The position numbers and the translations under genes were made by a program. From assembly GCF_963921235.1 (NCBI RefSeq), contig NC_086108.1, positions 98,458,001 to 98,522,000 on the forward strand: 64,000 bases of DNA, given 5' to 3'. The DNA is from Mobula hypostoma. Its lineage: Eukaryota. A model generated the notes under the pieces. It saw nothing but the letters and a program-made list of their open reading frames with translations. It was not told the DNA's origin and ran no database searches. Positions within the stretch are counted from its first letter, which is position 1. Each line of letters begins with the position of its first letter. Positions 50,211-63,087 of this stretch are shown here, piece by piece.

Positions 50211-50712
50211 AATCCCTTTCTTCTATGGTGGTTTGACTTTGAAAGTAGCTCTTCAACATTTTGATCAGATTAGAGTTAAGAAAACACGGAGAAGTTTCTT
50301 TCAACATTTTATAAAATGCCTTTCATCTGATGGTTTGGCATAAATGCTCCACACGGTTTCAAATTAACTTTGCCTTTTCTCTTAACTCTCACATCTTTAA
50401 AATTAGTTTTCTAAGACATTAGAATTGTGGAGTTCCAGTCGTGTGCATTCGCCATCATGATCCTTCATTATGATGTCATTCACTCATAACCATGCGGTGA
50501 AACTATACATAGCGACAAGATCCACTGGCGTCAGTTTGCTTTTAAACCATGCTCACATTCTGTTTTGTGTGACAGAAACAAGATTGGCATGTCTCTGCTT
50601 ACAAATGTCTCCTATTTCTGCACGGATTCCTAAGTGTTTTAAAGAATGGAATTGGAGAAAAGAAATTTATTATTGCTTCATTTTCATGGTTTTCCAATAT
50701 ACTGCACTCCTT

Positions 50713-53700
50713 GGTTCTTGATCCTCCAAAATATTCCGCATGGAATTTAAACTGGAGGTGTTAGAGGGTGGAATTAAGAAGGAGATTTTTGAAGAAGAAA
50801 AGCTGCCTTAAATTTAATTGGGTTTGGTTGTGTGACTGTGGTAGGATGAAGATTATTCCATGCTTTAATTGTGCATGGGAAAAATGAATTGCTGTACACA
50901 TCTGACTTGGTAGTTAGTATTTCAAATTGAGTTGACTGCCCTCGTCTGCTCCTAATAGGTTTGGGTTTGATGTGGGATTGGTAGTCTATGTTGAGTTGAC
51001 CATTTAACATTTTGTAAAAACAGGTGAGGCGGTGTGCTTCATGTCTATCTTGGAGAGAGTTCCACTTTAATGAATTTAAAAGTTGAATAACACTCGCTTC
51101 TCTCTCATAGGTATTTGTGACAAATTGGGCTGCCTGTCTTTGGACTCGCTTAATGGAAGTAGTGTTTTTGTTTGTGTATGGGTCCCATGCAGCAACTGCA
51201 TATTCCAAATGTGGCCTAACAATGGTGAGGTACAACTTCTCCTTAACTGAAGCTGAACAGTGATGAAAATTGCGTCTCAAAAAATTTAGGACTCCTGTTG
51301 CATGATGCGTCTGACTATTCCAGCGTAGATCATTCTGGATTTTGATAACAAGATACCTGATATGTTTGGTTTCTTCCAGGATAACACCCAGGATCTTATA
51401 TGATGTTTTACCTGGTTTTCTCTTCCTGGTGACACGCATGGTTTCACATTTGGAAGGATTGAACTGCATGCCCTATTGTTGTGACCACTCAACCATACTA
51501 TCAAGATCTTTTTGAAGAACATCTTCATCATCAATTGACTTAATTGGCTGGTATATCAAACAATCATGAGCAAAATGTCTGGTAGTGCTTGTGACTTTTT
51601 CGTGGATGTCATTAATATAAAGTAAAAACAAATGTGGGCCCAGCACTGTACCCTGGGGTGTACCACTTAACACTGGACGCCATTTAGAACTTTTTCCATT
51701 CACGCACACATGTTGAAGACGTTTTGTCAAGAAACTGGAAATCCATTTTTTAGTATTGGAGCGAATACCGTAGAAGTCGAGCTTCCTAAGTAATCTTTGG
51801 TGGGGAATAATATCAAATGCTTTAGAGAAGTCGAGCACTACTAAATCATTGATGACATTGTTCAGAAAATTCTTGGCCAGGTAATTTATTGTCAGGATAA
51901 ACTGAGACTCGCATGATCTATGCTTCCTAAAAGCGTGCTGGCTGTCAGCAAGAATATTGTGTCTGCTAAGGTACCTCATCAGATTGCTGTCAAGTATATG
52001 CTCCAAGAGTTTACAACAAGTGCTTGTGAAAGAAATAGGATGATAATATGCCGGGTTGGTGGTTGGACCCTTCTTAAAGAGAGGAGTGATGTTTGCCTTT
52101 CTCCAATCCAGGGGAAGATCACCTGAATTGAGCGACTGCTGGAAAATAAAATGCAGAACAAGAGCTGCGATCTCAAGGGCTTGATTCTGAATCTGGTCTG
52201 GTCCAATAGCTTTTGTCATATTGATGTTGAACAGTAACTTTTTGACACCTTCAACCTCAATTTCGATAGGAGGCATATCAGTATACGGGCTGGGTGGTAG
52301 ATTAGGAAAAGATGAAGGTTCTGTATCTTTCTGGGTAAAAACATTTTGAAATTGGTTTGCAAGAGCTTCTGCTTTCTCCTGGTCCTCAGTGATCAGACAG
52401 TTGTTCACCTTTAGCATCTGTACCCCAGTGTTGTCTGTCCGTCTGGATTTCACATATCTCCAAAAATCCTTAGGATGCTGTCCCTCAAGAACTGAAGAAA
52501 CACATTGTTTATGAGCACTCCTAATGGTACGGTCGACTGGTCGACTTGCTTTCACACTCTGGTGAATTTGTCCCAAACCAGTCCTGCACCTTTTTTTTTG
52601 GCACGGATGTAAAATTTCTCTTACTACAGAGATGTTTTAATTTCGCTGAAAACCAAGGAGAACGCATACAGCCCTTAATAAATTTATGAAGAACATGATT
52701 CATAACAATATCATTTAGTGAGTCTCTCAGCCACACCCAGTTGTCTTCAACAGATCTTTTGTCTGGTTGTAAGTTAAAGAAGTCTCTCCCAAGTTGTTTT
52801 GCTAAGTCCTTGAATTCCTCACTGTTCCCCTTTCTCCAAAGTGGAATTTTACGAGGTGGTTTAGGGGGAACTTTAATCTTTGTGTGCAGTTTTGCTTGAA
52901 TAATAAAATGATCACTGATTCCAGCACTGGGTGAAACCTCCAAAATTAAATCTGGATGTGAAGTCTGCAATAAATCTAAGGTGTTTTCTGCTCCACCTGT
53001 ATCATCACGTCTGTTAGGAAAAGTGACTTTCTGAGACAGGTGATTTTTCAGAATCAAATCAGCCAGGGCTTTCTGAAGAGCACCTTTTGGTTCACTGTGT
53101 GTGTTGTCAGTCCAATCTACACCTGGGACATTAAAATCACCCCCCAGGATAATAAACGGAGAGCATGATGAGGTGTTTATTTTGGAAATACTTGATTCAA
53201 GGTCTAAAAGAGGCCCGGACTTAGCATCAGGTGGACGGTAAAAACTCTCGATCTGCACCGTTTGTCCCTGAAGTGTAGCTTGACGCCAAATTTGCTCAGA
53301 GCCGCTGCCTAAGTCAGTTCTTTCAAAGCAAGGAATAGTATTGTTCACACCAATTAAAACACCGCCTCCTTAAGAGTTTCTGTCCTTTCTAAAAATTTGA
53401 AAATGAGGAGGGAAATATCTCAGCAGATTTAACTGAAGGATCAAGCCAAGATTCAGTCCTGATTAAAATGTCAGGATTTTCGGTTTCAATAACTGAATTA
53501 ATCACAGCCGATTTTCCTTTTATACTGCGGCAATTAATGATAGCAATTTTAATCCCATTACTTTTACTAATACCTTGCGAGCACTGTCTTTTTTAGTAGT
53601 ACGAGTTTTATTGTGAGCATTGCGTGCATTTCTTTGTCCATCAATATATTTACACTTAGTGTTGGCGGAAGGGAGGGGCTGAGGATTGTCATCAACGGGG

Positions 53701-54900
53701 GTGTTGCTGTTACCACCTTTTCCAACAATGGTCCAACCATCTTTCGTCTTCACACATTTCAGCGGAGGAGGGTTTCTCTCTGCTTTGGGTGTCGTGACAC
53801 GAGTCCACCCAGAAGCAGTTTTTTTCAGGGTTATTATGGGTAAATGACCAGCACAATTTGGGCTGGATGATCTTAAAATCGCATGGTCTTGGAAGCGATA
53901 TTGAAGATAATGAGTGGTCAAATATTTTATCAAATGTGGCTAAACATATTAGGGAAGCCAGAGCGAAATTTATTCAGTATAAGATAGTACACAGATATTA
54001 TTGGACACCAACTAGACTCTACAAAATGGGGATTGTTGATAATAATTTATGCTGGAAATGTAAAAATGAGGTGGGCACATATTTTCACATGATTTGGGAG
54101 TGTTCCATGGTTCGTCCTTTTTGGTGTAAATTTCTTGATCTGTTGGGGAATTGGTCAGGTTCCACACTGCCCTTGTCCCCATGACTTTGTCTCTTGGGTC
54201 AACGATACCTAATGTAAACAATGACAAATTTACTATTTTAAAGGTGGGTCTCATCAGAGTTGCAAGAATTATATTGCAAAACTGGAAAAAAACCAGATGT
54301 CCCACTGTGAAGGAATGGACTGAGGAAATGATTAAAATTTCATCAAATGAACACATGTTGGGAAGAATTAACAGTGAGGGAAAAGTGCAAGACGCGTGGG
54401 ATCAATTTTGGTTGTATGTTAATTTAAACCAATTAGAACTTCTTTCTGTCTCTAAGTTTTATTTGTTTTCCTGTCATGGGATGGCTGTGTAAATATGCTG
54501 TACTCTATCTGCTCTGTGATATGCTGTGCTACTTTGTCAAATAAGAATAAATAATAATAAAAATTTGAATTTATAAAAAAATTGCATGGTTCCATTCATC
54601 ACAATCAGAGTCATTTTTCATGGATGCAAGGCTTTCAAAGGAGTTACTCAAGTTGAGCATACTTGTAAGGTTGCTTGATGAATCAAAAAATGAACTTGCG
54701 AAGTTAATGACATCACACACTGGGCATAGCCAAATGGCACTTAAGTTTTTGAAGTGAAAATCAACAGTATCATCAGACACATTAGAACAATTAAAATGAA
54801 ACCAATTTGTACACATTGAGCACCGAATGCCAGAATCTTTAACAGCATACGAGCACAAACCACACGGGTACTTTGGTTTGCGTTCTCACATTCTTGTCCA
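50713..54900 (-). mobile_element. Near-complete PHD-APE-RT LINE (CR1/L2 group, invertebrate-like), frameshifted
   Basis: PHD KYPCGLCSYAV...CSMCTNWFHFNC...WLCPVC; APE FYRPP, GGDFN, ISDH; RT LDFSKAFD, GTPQGTVLGP, FAHD; C-terminus QFNPSKC, RPHLEYA, SFFPCTIKAWNNL. Confidence 0.88.
53858..54581 (+). mobile_element. L1/Tx1-clade 3' fragment inserted in the PHD-LINE
   Basis: IQYKIVHRYYWTP...CWKC...GTYFHMIWEC...FW (L1 ORF2 Cys-rich domain) followed by an A-rich tail. Confidence 0.85.
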
Positions 54901-57144
54901 TTCAAACCATGCAACGTAGAAGATTGAAAGGAGATTTGATGGAGGTATACAAAAATTATGAGGGGTTTAATTAGGGTAAATGCAAGCCAGCATTTTCCAC
55001 CAAGGTTGGGTAGGACTACAGCTAACGGTCATGGGTTAAGGATGAAAGGTGAAAAGTTTAAGGCAAACATGAGGGGAAACTTTTTTTCTCTCACGGGGTT
55101 GTGTGAGTGTGGAACGAGCTGCCAGTGCAAGTGGTGCATGCAAGCTCGATTTCAATGTTTAACAGAAGTTTGGATAGGTACATGGATAGTAGGGGTATGG
55201 AGGACTACAGTCCTGGTGCCAGTGGATGGGAGTAGGCAGTTTAAATGTCTTGGCATTGACTAGATGGGCTGAAGGGCCTGTTTCTGTGCTGTACTTTTCT
55301 ATGACTCTATAAGACCATAAGACCGGCTGACTTTGTGCTCATCTCCTTATATTGAACCCGCATCGCCCAATTACACCATGTGACCAACTAACCTACTAAC
55401 CGTATGTCTTTGGAATGTGGGAGGAAACCGGAGCACCCGGAGGAAACCATGTTATCATGGAGAGAGCATACAAACTCCTTACAGACAGCGACAGAATTGA
55501 AACCAAGTTGTTGGTGTTGTAATAGTGTTAGCTACCTGCTACACTATCTTGGCACCTATATCTTAGCAGAGCCCTAGGAAGGACGATCTGGCTAGGGACC
55601 TCCTTGTTGTGGAGAAGGAATGAAGGAGAACATGAGCTCAGACAGAGCTGTAATGTTTGCTCCAGGAGAGAAGGACAGGGTCTGGTCCTCTACAAAGTTG
55701 ACACCAACTGAGAAGCTATGTTATCTTCACTCAGTGCATGAGCCATCCAGTTAAACGTCATGGTGGGTCAGTTGGAGAAATCCACTCCCTCAGTGGCTGC
55801 TCGGAGTCCATGTCTGGACAGCGCTTGAGTTTGAAACGCTGAGATCTTTTAGAGATTAGCTTTATTTGTCACATGTACACAGAAACATACACAGAAATGC
55901 TTCACTCTGTGTCAATACGAAACACAGTCTGAGAGTATGCTGGTGGCAGCCTGCAAATGTCGACGTGCTCCTGGCACCAACAGAGCTTGTAGACAACTTG
56001 CTCCCCAACCACAGCTCTTTGGAATGTGAGAGGAAACCGTAGCGCCCAGAGGAAACCAATGCAGTCAAAGTTCAAAGAAACTTTATTATCAAGGGCCATA
56101 TATGTCACCATATACAATCTTGGGTTTCATTTTCTTCCAGGCATACTCAACACATCCATAATTGAATAATAAACATATTAGGCTCAATGAAAGACCACAC
56201 CAGCTTGGGCATTCAACCAGTGACAACAAACTGTGCAAATACAGAAACAAATAAATAATAATAATAATAAATAAATTAGCAACAAATATTGAGAACATGA
56301 GATCAGGAGCCCTTGAAAGTGAGCCGTACAGGTCATGAAAACATTTTGGTGATGGGGCAAGTGAAGTTATCCACGTTAGTTCAGGAGCCTGAAGGTTGAG
56401 GGGTAGTAACTGTTCCTGAACCTGGTGGTCTGAGTCCTGAGGCTCCTCTACCTTTTTCCTGATGGCAGCAGCAATAAGAGATCATGTCCTTGGTGGTGGG
56501 GGTGGGGGATTCCGACTGATGGATGTTGCTTTGCTGTGACAACGTTTTGTGTAGATGTGCTCAGTGGTGGGGTGAGCTTTACCCGTGATGGACTGGACCA
56601 AATCCACTACGTTTTGTAGGATTTTCCATTCAAGGGCACTGGTGTTTCCACACTAGGATGTGATACAACCAGTCAATGTACTCTCCACTATAGTCATGGA
56701 GAAAACATGAAATCTTCTCACAGACAGGGGCAGGAATCAAACCCTGATCAGCGATTGATGCTGGTGTAAAGTGTTGTGTTAACCACTACACCACTGTGCC
56801 AACCTACCAAGATGTCTGGTTTAACATTTCCAGGCAAATTTATAAAGCAATTGGGATTGAAACCAGCTGGTAAAAGCCAACTCAGGCACACTGCACCACG
56901 CATAATTTGTGGTTCCTATGAAGTCAAATGATCCAGATCTCAGAAGCAGAGGATAGACTTGCCCACAACTTTGCACATTTAATTCAAAGTTAAAAGTTAA
57001 AAGTAAATTTATTACCAAAGTACATACTCGTCACTATAATACAACCCTGAGATTCATTTTCTTGCAGGCATTCACAGTAGAACAAAGAAATACAACAGAA
57101 TGAGGAGTGACAAATGTCAGTATGCAAAAGAAGACAAGCTGTGC

Positions 57145-57175
<31 letters not shown>

Positions 57176-57469
57176 ATCGAGAACTTGAGTTGTAGAGTCC
57201 CTGAACGTGGGTCTCTAGGTTGTGGGATCAGTTCAGTTTTGAGGTGAGTGAAGTTATCCAGGCTGGTTCAAGAGTTAGATGGTTGAATGATAATAACTTT
57301 TCCTGAACCTGGTGGTGTGGGACCAAAGGCTCCTGTATACAGAACAAAGAATATAGGATATTACAGCACAGAAACAGGCCCTTCAGCCCATAATGTTGTG
57401 TCAAACCAATTAAGTTAGTAATCAACTGGCCAACTAAACTAATCCGTTCTGCGTACACAATGTCCATAT

Positions 57470-60400
57470 CCTTGCTGCAGAAAGGACAGTAGAACAGCAA
57501 TGGCTGGAGTTTCTGCATGAAATGAGGGAAGTGCAAGACAGATATATTCCAAATAAGAAGAAATTTTTGAATGGAAGGACACTACTGTGGCTGACAAATG
57601 AAGTCAGAGCCAAAGTAAACGTAAAAGAGAGGGCATACAAGGAAGCCAAAGCTAGTGGGAAGATAGATGATCGAGAAGCTTTTAACAACCTGCAGAAGGA
57701 AACTAAGAAGTTTATTTGGAAGAAAAAGATGAATTATGAAAGGAACATAGAACATAGAACATAGAATAGTACAGCACAGTACATTCCCTTCGGCCTACAA
57801 TGTTGTGCTGACCCTCAAACCCTGCCTCCCATATAAGCCCCCACCTTAGATTCCTCCATATACCTGTCTAGTAGTCTCTTAAATTTCACTAGTGTATCTG
57901 CCTCCACCACTGACTCAGGCAGTGTATTCCACGCACCAACCACTCTCTGAGTAAAAAACCTTCCTCTAATATCCCCCTTGAACTTCCCACCCCTTACTTT
58001 AAAGCCATGTCCTCTTGTATTGAGCAATGGCGCCCTGGGGAAGAGGCGCTGGCTATCCACTCTATCTATTCCTCTTATTATCTTGTACACCTCTATCATG
58101 TCTCCTCTCATCCTCCTTCTCTCCAAAGAGTAAAGCCCTAGCTCCCTCAATCTCTGATCATAATGCATACTTTCTAAACCAGGCAGCATCCTGGTAAATC
58201 TCCTCTGTACCCTTTCCAATGCTTCCACATCCTTCCAATAGTGAGGTGACCAGAACTGGACACAATACTCCAAGTGTGGCCTAACCAGAGTTTTATAGAG
58301 CTGCATCATTACATTGCGACTCTTAAACTCTATCCCTCGACTTATGATAGCTAACACCCCATAAGCTTTCTTAACTGCCCTATCCACCTGTGAGGCAACT
58401 TTCAGGGATCTGTGGACATGTACCCTAAGATCCCTCTGCTCCTCCACATTACCAAGTATCCTGCCATTTACTTTGTACTCTGCCTTGGAATTTGTCCTTC
58501 CAATGTGTACCACCTCACACTTCTCCGGGTTGAACTCCATCTGCCACTTCTCAGCCCACTTCTGCATCCTATCAATGTCTCTCTGCAATCTTTGACAATC
58601 CTCTACACTATCTACAACACCACCAACCTTTGTGTCGTCTGCAAACTTGCCAACACATCCTTCTACCCCCACATCCAGGTCGTTAATAAAAATCACGAAA
58701 AGTAGAGGTCCCAGAACAGATCCTTGTGGGACACCACTAGTCACAATCCTCCAATCTGAATGTACTCCCTCCACCACCACCACCCTCTGCCTTCTGCAGG
58801 CAAGCCAATTCTGAATTCACCTGGCCAAACTTACCTGGATCCCATGCCTTCTAACTTTCTGAATAAGCCTACCGTGTGGAACCTTGTCAAATGCCTTACT
58901 AAAATCCATATAGATTACATCCACTGCACTACCCTCATCTATATGCCTGCACCTCCTCAAAGAACTCTATCAGGCTTGTTAGACATGATCTGCCCTTCAC
59001 AAAGCCACGCTGACTGTCCCTGATCAGACCATGATTCTCTAAATGCCTATAGATCCTATCTCTAGGAATCTTTTCCAACAGCATTCCCACCACAGACGTA
59101 AGGCTCACTGGTCTATAATTACCCGGGCTATCCCTACTACCTTTTTTGAACAAGGGAACAACATTCGCCTCCCTCCAATCCTCCAGTACCATTCCCGTGG
59201 ACAACGAGGACATAAGGATCCTAGCCAGAGGCTCAGCAATCTCTTCTCTCGCCTCGTGGAGCAGCCTGGGGAATATTTCGTCCGGCCCCGGGGACTTATC
59301 TGTCCTAATGTATTTTAACAACTCCAACACTTCCTCTCCCTTAATATCAGCATGCTCCAGAACATCAACCTCACTCATATTGTCCTCACCATCATCAAGT
59401 TCCCTCTCATTGGTGAACACCAAAGAGAAGTATTCATTGAGGACCTTGCTCACTTCCACAGCCTCCAGGCACATCTTCCCACCTTTATCTCTAATCGGTC
59501 CTACCTTCACTCCTGTCATCCTTTTTTTCTTCACATAATTGAAGAATGCCTTGGGGTTTTCCTTTACCCAACTTGCCAAGGCCTTCTCATGCCCCCTTCT
59601 TGCTCTTCTCAGCCCCTTCTTAAGCTCCTTTCTTGCTTCCCTATATTCCTCAATAGACCCATCTGATCCTTGCTTCCTAAACCCCATGTATGCTGCCTTT
59701 TTCTTCCTGACTAGATTTTCCACCTCACTTGTCACCCATGGTTCCTTCACCCTACCATTCTTTAACTTCCTCACCGGGACAAATTTATCCCTTACATACC
59801 GCAAGAGATCTCTAAACATCGACCACATGTCCATAGTACATTTCCCTGCAAAAACATCATCCCAATTCACACCTGCAAGTTCTAGCCTTATAGCCTCATA
59901 ATTTGCCTTTCCCCAATTAAAAATTTTCCTGTCCTCTTAGATTCTATCCTTTTCCATGATAATTATAAAGGCCAGGAAGCGTGGTCACTGCTCACCCACT
60001 GAGAGATCTGTGACCTGACCCGGTTCATTACCTAGTACTAGATCTAGTATGGCATTCCCCCTTGTCGGCCTGTCCACATACTGTGACAGGAATCCATCCT
60101 GGACACATTTAACAAATTCTGCCCCATCTAAACCCTTAGAGCTAATCAGCTGCCAATCAATATTAGGGAAGTTAAAGTCACCCATGATAACAACACTGGT
60201 ATTTTTGCACCTTTCCAAAATCTGCCTCCCAATCTGCTCCTCTGTATCTCTGCTGCTACCAGAGGGCCTATAGAATACCCCCAGTAGAGTAACTGCTCCC
60301 TTCTTGTTCCTGACTTCCACCCATATTGACTCAAAAGAGGACCCTGCTACATTACCCACCCTTTCTGTAGCTGTAATAGTATCCCTGACCAGTAATGCCA

Positions 60401-61335
60401 CCCCTCCTCCCCCTTTTACGCCCTCTCTATCCCTTTTAAAGCACTGAAATCCAGGAATATTGAGAATCCATTCCTGCCCTGGTGCCAGCCAAGTCTCTGT
60501 AATGGCCACTACATCATAATTCCACGTATGTATCCAAGCTCTCAGTTCATCACCTTTGTTCCTGATGCTTCTTGCATTGAGGTACACACATTTCAACCCT
60601 TCTACCTTACCGTCTTTACACCGTTTATTCTGCTTCTCTTTCCTCAAAGCCTCTCTGTATGTTAGATCTGGCTTTACTCCATGCACTTCTTTCACTGCTC
60701 TATCGCTCTGGGTCCCATCCCCCTTGCAAATTAGTTTAAACCCTCCCGAACCATGCTAGCAAACCTACCTGCAAGGATATTAGAAGCTGGCTACTAATAT
60801 CAAAGAAGATACTGAAAGCTTTTTCAAGTATATAAAGGGTAAAAGAGAGTTGAGGGTAGATATAGAGCCAATAGAAAATGACACTGGAGATGTTGTAATG
60901 ACAGACACAGAGATGGCAGAGGAACTGAATGCACATTTTACATCGGTCTTCACACTGAAAGACATGTGCTGTATACTGAACATTCAAGAGTATCAGGGAA
61001 GTGAAAATTATGACTGAGAAGGTGCTCAGGAAGCTTAATGGTCTGAGGGTGGATAAATCTCCTGGACCTGATGGAATGCACCCTCAAGTTCTGAAGGAAG
61101 TAGCTGGAGAGTTTGCAGAGGCATTAACAATGATCTTTCAAGAATCAACAGATTCTGGCATTGTACCGGGTGAATGGAAAATTGCAAATATTACTCCGCT
61201 ATTTAAGAAAGGTGGGAGGCAGCAGAAAGGAAACTATAGACCTGTTAGCCTGACATCAGTGGTTGGAAAGTTGTTGGAATCGATTGTTAGGGATAAGATT
61301 ACGGAATACCTGGAGGCACATGACAAGATAGGCTA
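57470..61335 (+). mobile_element. Older CR1 fragment split by the 57746-60782 insertion
   Basis: KKMNYER|KLATNIKED reads through across the insertion; KSPGPDGMHP and NYRPVSLTS follow. Confidence 0.8.
57746..60782 (-). mobile_element. Young CR1 LINE: end of ORF1 plus nearly complete ORF2 (two small breaks)
   Basis: ORFs of 236, 311 and 322 aa with APE and RT (GVPQGSVLGP, FADD); (ttctatg)n tail at ~57743-57766. Confidence 0.92.
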
Positions 61336-62694
61336 AAGCCAGCATGAGGACTCCCAAGTCCCTTTGAATTCTCTCCCCATCTAAATAATATTTTGCCTGT
61401 TTATTTCTTCTACCAAAGTGCATGACGATACACGTTCCAACACTGTATTTCAGTTGCTGGAGTCCATCATTAAGGATGAGGTTTTGGGGTACTTGGAGGT
61501 GCATGATAAAACATGCTAACATCAGCATGGTTTCTTCAAGTGAAAATCTTGCCTGACAAATCTGTAGGAATTCTTTGAGGAAATAACAGACAGGATATGC
61601 AAAGAAGAGTCAGTGGATGTTATTTACTTGGATTTTCAGAAAGCCTTTTTCAAGGTGCTAGGCTGCTTAACAATTTAAGAACTCATGGTTTTACAAGACA
61701 ATCACTAGCTTGGATAGAAGATCAGGTGGATAGAAGGAAGGCAAATGTAATATTTGCATTCACTTTGAGGGGGATAGAATATAAAAGCAAGGATATGATG
61801 CTGAGGTTTTATAAGGCAATGGTCAGACCCCTCTTGGAGTATTATGAGCTGTTTGTGCCCCTTATCTAAGGTACGATGTGCTGATATTGGAGAGAGTACT
61901 GAGAAGGTTCACGTGATTTATTCCAAGAATGAAAGGGTTAACATACGATGTTTGTAGGCTCTGGATCTGTACTTGCTGGAGTTTAGAAGAACAAGGGTTT
62001 CTCATTGAACCCTGATAGAATATTGACAGGCCTAGACAGAGTGGACGTGAAGAGGATATTGCCTATAGTGGGTGAGTCTAGGATCAGAGGGCACATCCTC
62101 AGAATAGAGGGATGTCCATTTAGTACAAAGTTCAAATTTCAAAGTAAATAAAATACATATATGTCACTGCATATAACCCTGAGATTCATTTTCTTGTGGG
62201 CATACTCAATAAAACCATAGAAAACTAACCATAAAAGAATCAATGAAAAATTTCACCTATTTAGGTGTTCAATCTGACTGTAGAAGACTACAAACTGTGC
62301 AAATACAAAAAGAAGAAATAATAAAAATAAACAAATAAGCAATGAATATCAAGAACATGAGTTGAAGAGTGCTTGGTTCAAGAACCTGATGGTTGAGGTG
62401 TAGTAACTGTTCCTGAATCTAGTGGTGTGAGTCCTGAGGTGGTGTGTGTACCTTCTTCCTGATGGCAGCAATGAGAAGAGAGCATGGCCTGGGTGGTGGG
62501 GGTCTCTGATGATGGAATTGAATCGAATTGAATTGACTTTATTTCTTACATCCTTTACATACATGAGAAGCAAAAATCTTTATATTACGTCTCCATCTAA
62601 ATCTGCAATGTGCTATCATAGTAATTTATAATAGATAGAACAGTCAAGGTAACATAGAAATACACTCAAATCAGTGTGAGCTAATCAGTCTACC

Positions 62695-63028
62695 CACACA
62701 AAAAATGCTGGTGAACGCAGCAGGCCAGGCAGCATCTCTAGGAAGGGGTACAGTCGACGTTTTGGGCCAAGACCCTTCATCAGGACTAACTGAAGGAAGA
62801 GCTAGTAAGAGATTTGAAAGTGAGAGGGGGAGGGGGAGATCCAAAATGATAGGAGAAGACAGGAAGGGGAGGGATGGAGCTAAGAGCTGGAAAGTTGATT
62901 GGCAAAAGGGATACAAGGCTGGAGAAGGGAGAGGATCATGGGATTGGGATGGGAGGCCTAGGGAGAAAGAAAGGGGGAGGGGAGCCCAGAGGATGGGCAA
63001 GGAGTTATAGTGAGAGGGACAGAGGGAG

Positions 63029-63087
<59 letters not shown>

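Noticed and set aside
54571..54880. PHD finger as a host chromatin-gene exon
   Set aside because: Colinear and co-oriented with the LINE APE-RT once the L1 insert is removed.
54880..54920. 2A-like (GDVExNPGP) peptide often found before PHD in such LINEs
   Set aside because: Motif not present; the element appears truncated here.
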